NCBI GenBank assembly: GCA_964482235.1 | Contig: CAYZWU010000028.1 | Span: 6,645-70,644 of the forward strand | Origin: an uncultured Phycisphaerales bacterium | GTDB taxonomy: Bacteria; Planctomycetota; B15-G4; CAYZWU01 | Length of the DNA: 64,000 nt | Direction: 5' to 3' | Part shown: piece after piece, positions 53,191-61,502 of the stretch | How positions within the stretch are numbered: the stretch's first letter is position 1 | How the letters are laid out: every line of letters begins with the position of its first letter | Program-made: the position numbers and the translations under genes | Notes under the pieces: generated by a model | The model's database searches: none | The model's input: the letters and a program-made list of their open reading frames with translations, nothing else | What the model was told of the DNA's origin: nothing

Positions 53191-54924
53191 ATGTTCAGGA
53201 GAATCAGAAAACGGCTCCGTTCACTGCTCGATGTTTCGCCGGTTTTTTCCGATCAGCCCATGTCTCCCCGTCGCTATGGTATGCTCCGTCGCACAATGAC
53301 CATCATCATGGTCGTGGCCACGCTGCTGCCGCTGACCATGATGGCCGCGATCAACCACTATCAATACCAGAAGGCGCTGAGCCGGGAAACGATCGAGCCC
53401 TTGAAGAACCTGGTCAACAAGACCCAGCATTCGTTCGAGCTTTTCTTGACGGAGCGGCTCTCTGCCGTCAGTTTCATTGCGGCAGCCTATACCTACCATG
53501 AGCTGGCCGATCAGAAAACGCTGACATTCATCTTTCATGCCATGAAGGAAAAGTTCGGCGGCTTCGTGGACCTGGGCATGATCGACGCCTCGGGATTGCA
53601 AGTGAGCTACGTCGGGCCTTACGATATCGAGGGGAAGCAGTACAAGGATCAGGAATGGTTCAAGGAGGTGCTGGTGAGGGGCGAGCATATCAGCGACGTC
53701 TTCATGGGGCACCGCAAGTTTCCTCACTTCGTGATCGCCGTACAGAACGAAAATGAAGAAGGGGAAAAGTGTATCCTTCGCGCAACCATCGATACGGAGC
53801 TGTTCAACCAGCTCATCGCCTCCATGGGACTCGATGCAGCGAGCGATGCCTTCGTGTTGAATCGCGACGGCGTTTTTCAGACTACATCCAAGTTCTACGG
53901 CAAGGTGCTTGAAAAGTTCCCGATGTCCATGCCGCCGCTGAGCTATTCGGCCAACGTGCTGGAGATGGAGGATTCCGAGGGCAGTGATATCCTGCTGGCC
54001 TACTGTGACTTCTCTTCACCTTCCTTCGTCCTGATGCTGGTGAAGCCCCAGAGCACTGTGCATGGATCATGGTATACGCTGAAAGGCGAGCTGCTCTTCA
54101 TCTTCATCGGCGGCATTGTCGTGATATTCCTTGTCGTGTTCAAGATCACCGATCTGCTGGTGAAGCGGATCGAGGAGTCGGATAGGAGGCGGGAGATCAC
54201 ATATCACCAGACCGAGCATACGAACAAGCTGGCCTCCATCGGCAGACTCGCCGCCGGCATTGCCCATGAAATCAACAATCCCCTGGCCATCATAAACGAG
54301 AAGTCAGGTCTCATGGAGGATCTGATCCAGATCAAGTTCGACCTTGAAAGGAAGGGACGGCTCCTCGAGCTCACCGGATCGATCCGGCATTCCGTGGAGC
54401 GTTGCAGCACCATCACCCACCGCTTGCTTGGATTCGCCCGCAGAATGGATGCCAAGCTCGAGACCATTAACCTACGAGAGGTTTTCATGGAGGTGTTCGG
54501 CTTTCTCGAGAAGGAAGCGGCACACCGCAATATCACCGTGCACCTGCAGCTCGATGAAGCGCTGCCCGATATCTATTCGGACCACGGCCAGCTGCAGCAG
54601 GTTTTTCTCAACATCCTCAACAACGCCTTTTCCGCGGTTGACGATGGCGGTATTGTCACGGTCACCAGCTTCGAACATGATGCGGATCTTGTCGGCATTT
54701 CCATTGCCGATGACGGGGTGGGCATGTCGGAGGAGACCATGAAGCACGTTTTCGATCCGTTCTTCTCGACGCGCGGCACGCACGGCACCGGGCTCGGCCT
54801 CTCCATCACCTATGGCATTGTGAACAAGCTGGGCGGCAAGATCGACGTGCAAAGCAAGGAAGATGAAGGTACCACTTTTACTGTGTACTTACCCAAGAAG
54901 AGCTATCTAGGCAGGGACGTGTAA
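53191..54924 (+). CDS. Membrane sensor histidine kinase 1 (Cache-like periplasmic domain)
   Basis: Two TMs, H-box [11 protein letters not shown]-box QVFLNILNNA, DDGVG, FDPFF and GTGLGLSI. Start ATG 53191. Confidence 0.95.
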   Translation: MFRRIRKRLRSLLDVSPVFSDQPMSPRRYGMLRRTMTIIMVVATLLPLTMMAAINHYQYQKALSRETIEPLKNLVNKTQHSFELFLTERLSAVSFIAAAYTYHELADQKTLTFIFHAMKEKFGGFVDLGMIDASGLQVSYVGPYDIEGKQYKDQEWFKEVLVRGEHISDVFMGHRKFPHFVIAVQNENEEGEKCILRATIDTELFNQLIASMGLDAASDAFVLNRDGVFQTTSKFYGKVLEKFPMSMPPLSYSANVLEMEDSEGSDILLAYCDFSSPSFVLMLVKPQSTVHGSWYTLKGELLFIFIGGIVVIFLVVFKITDLLVKRIEESDRRREITYHQTEHTNKLASIGRLAAGIAHEINNPLAIINEKSGLMEDLIQIKFDLERKGRLLELTGSIRHSVERCSTITHRLLGFARRMDAKLETINLREVFMEVFGFLEKEAAHRNITVHLQLDEALPDIYSDHGQLQQVFLNILNNAFSAVDDGGIVTVTSFEHDADLVGISIADDGVGMSEETMKHVFDPFFSTRGTHGTGLGLSITYGIVNKLGGKIDVQSKEDEGTTFTVYLPKKSYLGRDV

Positions 54925-54925
54925 T

Positions 54926-55309
54926 ATGGAAAACCTCAAGGTGCTCCTAGTAGATGATGAGGAAGAGTTCATACTCACGCTGGCTGAGAGGCTCGAGCTG
55001 AGAGAGATCAAGGCCCTGACCGCCGTCAACGGAGAGCAGGCGCTTCAGGTCGTTGAGAGGGAGAAACCGCCCGTTGTGGTTCTCGACGTCAAGATGCCGG
55101 GTATTGGCGGAATGGAAGTGCTTCAAAATATAAAGGGCAGACATCCTGAGATTCAGATTATTCTGCTCACCGGTCACGGCTCCACCAAGGATGGGATCAA
55201 AGGGATGCGCCTGGGCGCATTCGACTACATCATGAAGCCGGTGAAGATCGAAGAGCTGATAGACAAGATGCGAGAAGCGTATGAAGCGTTCAGGGCATCG
55301 AAGAAATGA
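54926..55309 (+). CDS. Single-domain response regulator
   Basis: LLVDDE, VLDVKMPG, LTGHG and KP motifs; no output domain. Confidence 0.95.
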   Translation: MENLKVLLVDDEEEFILTLAERLELREIKALTAVNGEQALQVVEREKPPVVVLDVKMPGIGGMEVLQNIKGRHPEIQIILLTGHGSTKDGIKGMRLGAFDYIMKPVKIEELIDKMREAYEAFRASKK

Positions 55310-55555
55310 TCGGATTATGGAGCCCGGCGTTGTCAGGCACGATCCACGGCTCAGGCGTTTCGGGATCACTCCTGGCAGGCGCATGGGATGCACCTGCTTG
55401 AAAGGGCCTGAAAGCAGCCCTGATAAGATGTTTTCATCTCATGTCTTGATATTCACACCCTAAGACAGCTCGCTTTCATTGTTTCTATATGTTTCATATT
55501 GCCCTCATTGCTGTTGCGCATTGTTTCAAATCAAGACCCGTTACTAATCGCAATA

Positions 55556-55575
55556 AGTTGTAATATATTGCAACT
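55556..55575. promoter_or_regulatory. 20-bp imperfect palindrome, candidate operator
   Basis: AGTTGTAATATATTGCAACT lies 16 bp upstream of the sigma54 -24 box. Confidence 0.45.
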
Positions 55576-55591
55576 AAACGCTTAGTAAACT

Positions 55592-55607
55592 TGGCCCGCC
55601 CTTTGCT
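55592..55607 (+). promoter_or_regulatory. sigma54 (-24/-12) promoter
   Basis: TGGCCCGCCCTTTGCT has GG and GC exactly 12 nt apart, matching TGGCACG-N4-TTGC(A/T). It lies about 60 bp before ATG 55666, near an EBP gene. Confidence 0.75.
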
Positions 55608-55665
55608 TGATCCTTCTCTATATATGAATCCAAAACACTTCCTTCACAGTGAGAGGAACTCAATA

Positions 55666-56523
55666 ATGACAAAAGACAAACTGAAGATCCTACTTGTAGA
55701 TGATGAAACCGAGTTCGTCGACAGCCTATCCGAGCGGCTGGGTTTGCGCGGCATGAAAACCGACGTTGCCTATGACGGCGAGCAGGCGCTGAAGGCCGTG
55801 GAGAAGAGCGCGCCCGATGCCATGGTTCTCGACCTACGCATGCCCGGCATGGACGGCATAGAGGTGCTCGAAAAAGTCAAAAAAGATTACCCCAATATCC
55901 GGGTTATTGTCCTGACCGGTCACGGCACGGATGAAGACGAGGCAAAGGCATTGAAGCTCGGGGCATCGGTTTTCATGAAGAAGCCGGTGGATATCGACCA
56001 GCTCGTGAAGATTCTTCGCAAGGAGAGGATGAAGGTCCTCCTCGTTGATGATGAGAAGGAGTTCGTGGATAGCCTGTCTGAACGGCTCGAACTGCGGAAC
56101 GTGGAGGCCGGCATTGCCTACGATGGGGAGCAGGCGATCAAGGCGGTTGACGAAGAGGAGCCCGATGTTCTCGTTCTCGACCTTCGCATGCCCGGCATCG
56201 ACGGCATCGAAGTCCTTCGCAGGGTCAAGAAGAGCCACCCCGAAATGCCGGTCGTGATCCTCACCGGCCATGGGACGGAAGACGACGAAAAAAAAGCCCG
56301 CCGCATGGGCGCCTCGGCATACCTGAAGAAACCGGTTGACGTCAATCAGCTCACCGGTGTTCTGCAGAAAGTGGTGGGTCGATTCAAGAAATCCAAGAAG
56401 GTTGTGGACACCATGTTGATGGCCGCGGCCCTTGCGCAGGCGGGCGAGACGGAGTATGCCCGCGAAACCCTTGAAGAGCTGGAAGAAGACAAGAATAAAG
56501 ACAGGAAGAAAGATAAGAAATAG
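55666..56523 (+). CDS. Tandem double-receiver response regulator with a short C-terminal helical tail
   Basis: Two near-identical REC domains (LLVDDE.EFVDSLSERL, VLDLRMPG, LTGHG, KKPV). GAGAGGA RBS then ATG 55666. Confidence 0.93.
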   Translation: MTKDKLKILLVDDETEFVDSLSERLGLRGMKTDVAYDGEQALKAVEKSAPDAMVLDLRMPGMDGIEVLEKVKKDYPNIRVIVLTGHGTDEDEAKALKLGASVFMKKPVDIDQLVKILRKERMKVLLVDDEKEFVDSLSERLELRNVEAGIAYDGEQAIKAVDEEEPDVLVLDLRMPGIDGIEVLRRVKKSHPEMPVVILTGHGTEDDEKKARRMGASAYLKKPVDVNQLTGVLQKVVGRFKKSKKVVDTMLMAAALAQAGETEYARETLEELEEDKNKDRKKDKK

Positions 56524-56554
56524 CGTCTCCGACGCCTTCCGAGGAGCCGTAGAT

Positions 56555-58249
56555 ATCAATACTCCCACGAGCCGTCAATACAGCACCCTGACCCGGAGCC
56601 TTTTCCTGATCAGCTTTTTTCTGCCTTTTGTTCCCCTCGTTATTCTGGCGTGCGCTCTTCTGTACGAGTGTCACGCTACGTTGGAAGAGGAAGCTTACAA
56701 CGACCACCGGAGAAAGGTCTGGGAATGTGCGAATCATGTCGAGAGGCGCCTGGAAGATCAAATCCGGACCATGCAGTGGATATCCGGGACGTTCGGCTTC
56801 GAGGCACTGTGTGATGAGGCACGGCTTAAGCAAGCTCTGGTGCTGCTCCAATCCCGGTACGGGTTCGAATCCGTCGAGCTTGGCGTTTTCGACGAGCGGA
56901 ACCGTAGGATCGCCTATGCAGGATCGGCTGCGTCCGGCGGCGTATCGAATATCAACGCGCAAAACCGTGGGGCAATGGTTGGAAAGCTGTTCTTCAATGA
57001 GCAGGATGTCGCTGCTTATACACTGTCTGTTCAAGAAGGTTCCCACGATAGCTCCTGGATGCTGCGCGCAGTCATCGACGCCCGCGCCCTGGATGAGATC
57101 GTCCCTTCCGCGCATGCCGGCGAGAGGGGCGCAGTCTTTCTCCTCCAAAAGGGCCGGACCTTTCCCGTGGCGTTGTCCGTCGCGGATCGCTTGACAGAAG
57201 ATCGCCTGTCTGCGGACCGCCTGCCAGACGAAGTCGTGGCGAACCTGTCAAGGCATGCGGAGACGGGCAATGACGAACCTCCCGTAATCGAATGCGTGGA
57301 CCGCTCAGGGCTGGAAAGGCTCTATGCCGCCGGCTCGATCCAGGGAACGGATTGGTGGATTATTCTGCAGCAGGATGCATCAGCAGCGTATTCGCAATTC
57401 TCAAGAATAAGGACAGTTGCGGTTGTCCTGCTGCTGGCAATCGGGTTCCTGCTCGCGGCCAACGCTTTCAGCCTTTCGAAGAAGCTGGTACGTAAAATCG
57501 AAGAGGCGGACAAGAAGAAACAGAGGAGGATCGAGCAGATGTACCAGACCTCCAAGCTGGCATCGATCGGGGAGCTGGCCGCGGGCATTGCCCATGAGAT
57601 CAACAACCCGGTGGCCATCATGGTCGAGGAGGCCGGTTGGATCAACGATCTGCTCGAGGAGGAAGAGTTCGCCAGAGGCAAGAACCTGAACGAATTCGGA
57701 AGGGCCTTGGATCAGATCAAATCCCAGGGAGAACGATGCAAGGCCATTACGCAGAAGCTACTGAGCTTCGCCCGGGAATCCGGATTTCGTATGGAAAAGG
57801 TGAGGCTGATCGAGCTGATCGGGGACGTTCTCGACATCATGGCCAAGAGGTCTTTCTTCGAGAAGGTTCGCATCGATTTGAACGTGCAGAAGGACCTTCC
57901 CGAGCTGAGCCTGCCCCGCATCGAGCTGCAGCAGGTTCTCGTCAACCTGATCAACAACGCCGTCGATGCCATGAAAGGGAAGGAAGGCACCCTCTTCCTG
58001 TCTGCCGGGCTCGAGCGGGATCATCTGTGGATCGAGGTGGCCGACGACGGCTGCGGCATTCCGGAGCAGCACCTCCAGCGTATCTTCGATCCGTTTTTCA
58101 CCACCAAGCCGGTGGGGCAAGGTACGGGCCTTGGGCTCTCCATCTGTTACGGCATCATCAAGAAGATGGGAGGCAGCATCCAGGTGGAAAACCTCGTTGA
58201 TCGGGGAGCTTCCTTTCGGATCCGAATTCCGCGGGAGGCCCTGGTTTGA
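56555..58249 (+). CDS. Membrane sensor histidine kinase 2 (start codon uncertain)
   Basis: Two TMs, H-box [36 protein letters not shown] and GTGLGLSI. The best RBS (GAGGAG 56541-56546) precedes an in-frame ATC at 56555. Confidence 0.9.
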   Translation: MNTPTSRQYSTLTRSLFLISFFLPFVPLVILACALLYECHATLEEEAYNDHRRKVWECANHVERRLEDQIRTMQWISGTFGFEALCDEARLKQALVLLQSRYGFESVELGVFDERNRRIAYAGSAASGGVSNINAQNRGAMVGKLFFNEQDVAAYTLSVQEGSHDSSWMLRAVIDARALDEIVPSAHAGERGAVFLLQKGRTFPVALSVADRLTEDRLSADRLPDEVVANLSRHAETGNDEPPVIECVDRSGLERLYAAGSIQGTDWWIILQQDASAAYSQFSRIRTVAVVLLLAIGFLLAANAFSLSKKLVRKIEEADKKKQRRIEQMYQTSKLASIGELAAGIAHEINNPVAIMVEEAGWINDLLEEEEFARGKNLNEFGRALDQIKSQGERCKAITQKLLSFARESGFRMEKVRLIELIGDVLDIMAKRSFFEKVRIDLNVQKDLPELSLPRIELQQVLVNLINNAVDAMKGKEGTLFLSAGLERDHLWIEVADDGCGIPEQHLQRIFDPFFTTKPVGQGTGLGLSICYGIIKKMGGSIQVENLVDRGASFRIRIPREALV

Positions 58250-58353
58250 GCGTGACTCCCGGCATGAGAAGGAGCCGGGAGCCGCTAGAAAGGTTGTCGA
58301 GACGCTGTCCGGAGAACGGGCGGCAGAGGTAAAAGGAAAGGCGAGCGCCCGCT

Positions 58354-58773
58354 ATGAACGTTTTGCTCGTTGATGATGAAGCCCCTTTCATCGACACGGT
58401 CACCAAGCGCCTGGTGAAACGGGGGATCCGCGTCTTCACCGCCTTGAGCGGAGACGAGGCACTCGGCCTTCTCGCAGGCGATTCGGGCATCGAGATCGTT
58501 GTTCTCGACATCAGGATGCCGGGCTTGAGCGGCCACGATACGCTGGCGGAGATCAAGCGTCGGTTCCCATCCGTGGAGGTGATCATCTTGACGGGCCACT
58601 CCACGGTGGAGTCAGCCATCAAGACGAAACGGCTGGGCGCCTTCGACTACCTCGGCAAACCATGTGACATAGAGGAGCTCATCACGAAGATCCAGGAAGC
58701 CTTCGGCCGGGTCCGGCATCGAGAAGAGGCTGACCGGGACGACGCGTCCCGGAAAGGAGGTCAAGATGAATGA
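58354..58773 (+). CDS. Single-domain response regulator
   Basis: LLVDDE, VLDIRMPG, LTGHS and KP motifs. Confidence 0.93.
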   Translation: MNVLLVDDEAPFIDTVTKRLVKRGIRVFTALSGDEALGLLAGDSGIEIVVLDIRMPGLSGHDTLAEIKRRFPSVEVIILTGHSTVESAIKTKRLGAFDYLGKPCDIEELITKIQEAFGRVRHREEADRDDASRKGGQDE

Positions 58774-59200
58774 CATACGCGTACTGCTCGTCGATGACGA
58801 GACGCAATACATGGAAACGCTGATGAAGCGGCTGAAGAAGCGCCGTATCGATATTCGCGGCGTGGACCGCGGGGAGAAGGCGCTGGAAACGCTCTCGCGC
58901 CACGAGGTGGACGTCGTGGTCCTTGATGTGAAGATGCCGGGCATGGATGGCATCGAGGTGCTGAAACGGATCAAGTCGCAATATCCCTTGATCGAAGTCA
59001 TCATGCTCACCGGGCATGCCAGCATGGACGTGGCGATGCAGGGGATGCAGCTCGGAGCCTTCGACTACCTCGTGAAGCCAACGGACGCCGACGAGCTGCT
59101 GTACAAGATCCAGGACGCAATCCAGCACAAAACCATCGAAGAAGCAAAGCAACAAGAATCGCAAGAAATAACTGAGCCGGAATCCGGGGATGAACCTTAA
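58766..59200 (+). CDS. Single-domain response regulator
   Basis: LLVDDE, VLDVKMPG, LTGHAS and KP motifs; overlaps the previous gene by 8 bp. Confidence 0.93.
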   Translation: MNDIRVLLVDDETQYMETLMKRLKKRRIDIRGVDRGEKALETLSRHEVDVVVLDVKMPGMDGIEVLKRIKSQYPLIEVIMLTGHASMDVAMQGMQLGAFDYLVKPTDADELLYKIQDAIQHKTIEEAKQQESQEITEPESGDEP

Positions 59201-59258
59201 CGGGCCCATCTCCTGAAACGGCCAACAGACGCTGTTACTTGAAAGGAGCTACAACGAG

Positions 59259-60545
59259 ATGAACTTTTTCAGACAGTGGGGAGAATTCATGATGATGGGT
59301 GCGAGGGCCCATGCGAAGTGGGAGATCAATGTCTCCAACACGATTGTCAGAAGCCGGAAGCGCATGATGATCCTCTGGTTGCTGATCTTGCCCATCGTGC
59401 TTGGCAGCTTCGCCTTTGCCGCCCCCCTCAGCGAGGCGCTGCCCGAATTCCTTGGCGGCAAAAAGGCGTACAGCCCGGCGTTCTTCACGGGCGGGATCTT
59501 CATCGCATCGATCCTTATCGGACTCTGCGCGGGGCTGATCACCGGCTGCATCGGCGCGGGCGGCGGTTTCGTCATTGCCCCGGCCCTGATGAGCGCGGGA
59601 ATCAAGGGGATCCTGGCCGTGGGCACCGACCTTTTCCATATCTTCGCCAAGGCGATCATGGGAAGCGTCATCCACAGGAAGCTGGGCAATGTGTCCGTAA
59701 TCCTGGCCGTGATCTTTCTGATCGGAGCGATTGTGGGCGCCACGGGCGGCGGCGTGCTCAACCGGGTGCTCTACGAGATCAATCCCGTGCTGAGCGATGC
59801 TTTCATCACGTCGATCTACGTGCTCATGCTGGGTCTTCTGGGAACGTACGCGCTTTTCGATTATCTGAAATCGAGGAAACAGCCCGATGCCGGCGGCGCG
59901 CACGGCGGCAAGGACGAAGGTGCCGACCTGGGCAACCTGCCCAGGAAGCTCCAGTCCATCAACATCCCCCCCATGGTGACCTTCGACAAGGGGATCACGC
60001 CGGGCGGCCGCAAGATCTCCTGGATCTTCCTCGTGCTCAGCGGAGGCCTCGTGGGTTTCATGGCAGCCATCATGGGCGTGGGCGGCGGCTTTCTGACCTT
60101 CCCCATATTCGTGTACATCATGGGCGTTTCGTCGCTCACAACGGTGGGAACGGATATCTTTCAGATCGTGTTCACCGCCGGATATGCCGCGATCAGCCAG
60201 TACGCGATCTTCGGTTTCATCTTCTACACGCTGGCCATGGGCATGTTGCTGGGCTCGCTGCTGGGTATCCAGATCGGTGCCATGGTGACCAAATGCGTCA
60301 AAGGCACAACGATTCGTGGTTTCTACGCCATGGCCGTGCTGGCCGGTTTTGTCAACCGGATCTTCGCCCTTCCGGGCAAGCTGACCGAAATGGAGGTCAT
60401 GTCCCTGTCCAAGGGCACCGTGAACGTGCTGGACGCCATCGGGGTGTGGGCGTTCTTCCTGGTCATAGGAATCTTTGCCGTATGGGTGATCGGAACTTTT
60501 TTCAAGAACCTCTCGCTGCTCAAGGGAGAGGAGGTGAACTCATGA
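59259..60545 (+). CDS. TauE/SafE (TSUP) family permease
   Basis: GLITGCIGAGGGF, AVGTDLFH, AAIMGVGGGFL and TVGTD motifs; multiple TMs with an internal two-fold repeat. Confidence 0.9.
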   Translation: MNFFRQWGEFMMMGARAHAKWEINVSNTIVRSRKRMMILWLLILPIVLGSFAFAAPLSEALPEFLGGKKAYSPAFFTGGIFIASILIGLCAGLITGCIGAGGGFVIAPALMSAGIKGILAVGTDLFHIFAKAIMGSVIHRKLGNVSVILAVIFLIGAIVGATGGGVLNRVLYEINPVLSDAFITSIYVLMLGLLGTYALFDYLKSRKQPDAGGAHGGKDEGADLGNLPRKLQSINIPPMVTFDKGITPGGRKISWIFLVLSGGLVGFMAAIMGVGGGFLTFPIFVYIMGVSSLTTVGTDIFQIVFTAGYAAISQYAIFGFIFYTLAMGMLLGSLLGIQIGAMVTKCVKGTTIRGFYAMAVLAGFVNRIFALPGKLTEMEVMSLSKGTVNVLDAIGVWAFFLVIGIFAVWVIGTFFKNLSLLKGEEVNS

Positions 60546-61228
60546 TTGCGAACAAGAAACAGTTCATGACCGGCACCCTCCTGCTGGCCGCCTTCACCGT
60601 GGTGCTCGTATTCATCTTTCTGCCGATCGTCGACGGCCAGAATGCGCTGGACTACATGGACTCGCTGTTCAATTCCATCTCCAAGGATTCGGCCTACTAC
60701 ATCGACACCCTCAAGGAGGAATCGAAGGAGCTGGCCGGCACCAGCATCACTGTCGAGCTTGTATTCGAGGACCCTTCCACAGCCGCCGAGGTCGAGCCGT
60801 TATTCACGAAAAACGGGGCCATAGCCGGCGTGAAAGACGGGAAGCTGGAATTCACCGGCGATCTGGGTGTCATCATGGAAGGATGTTTGAATGATGCGGA
60901 CGAGATGTTCGCCAATCACGGCGAGGCGCTGATCGAAAAGTACGGATGCGAAGAAAAGCAAGCTATGTACGGCTGGTGGGTGGCGCTCAAGGCTCTGGAC
61001 AAAGCGCTCAAGCGTCAGGAGAAGTTCGCTGAATCCAAGTTTGTCACAACAGTGATCAAGAAGGGCGTGGAGTGTTCCTACAACTTCTACGGGATCGAGC
61101 CGCAGAAGATAACCGAAAAGATGGTTCTCGTCCTGGGTTCCCTTGTCTTCTATGTGATCTATACCATGTGGTACGGTTTTGCCATCATGTTCATGTTCGA
61201 AGGCTGGGGATTGAAGCTGGAGCACTGA
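60542..61228 (+). CDS. Hypothetical membrane protein (N- and C-terminal TMs, periplasmic middle), coupled to the TSUP gene
   Basis: ATG 60542 overlaps the TSUP stop (ATGA). This is the real 3' part of track ORF 59276..61228 (MIANKKQF...GWGLKLEH). Confidence 0.85.
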   Translation: MIANKKQFMTGTLLLAAFTVVLVFIFLPIVDGQNALDYMDSLFNSISKDSAYYIDTLKEESKELAGTSITVELVFEDPSTAAEVEPLFTKNGAIAGVKDGKLEFTGDLGVIMEGCLNDADEMFANHGEALIEKYGCEEKQAMYGWWVALKALDKALKRQEKFAESKFVTTVIKKGVECSYNFYGIEPQKITEKMVLVLGSLVFYVIYTMWYGFAIMFMFEGWGLKLEH

Positions 61229-61356
61229 GCTTGACCGGACAAGGCGGAGCCGAGTTCAAAAGTTCCGCGGGACAGGGGTCCAATCCCCCGGATCGGAGGA
61301 CTTGGCTTCACCATCGTCACGGGCCTGATTCCGCCGAGAGATGCGACTCGATTCGT

Positions 61357-61384
61357 GGGGTTGTTCCCTTCGGGGAACAACCCC
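61357..61384. repeat. Perfect 12-bp stem with a C(UUCG)G tetraloop
   Basis: GGGGTTGTTCCC-TTCG-GGGAACAACCCC, intergenic, with no U-tract. Confidence 0.7.
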
Positions 61385-61502
61385 GGCCAGGTTGCGTTTT
61401 CCCGCTGGGATATTGCCGAAATCTGTTATTTCTATGGGAGAGACGGCATCATCATCGCAGCTGCGGTGAGGGACGTCCACCACTTTGAATCGAGGTGATC
61501 AA

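Noticed and set aside
59276-60541. 650-aa track ORF 59276..61228 as one protein
   Set aside because: The 5' part is an alternative frame over the TSUP gene; the real gene starts at ATG 60542.
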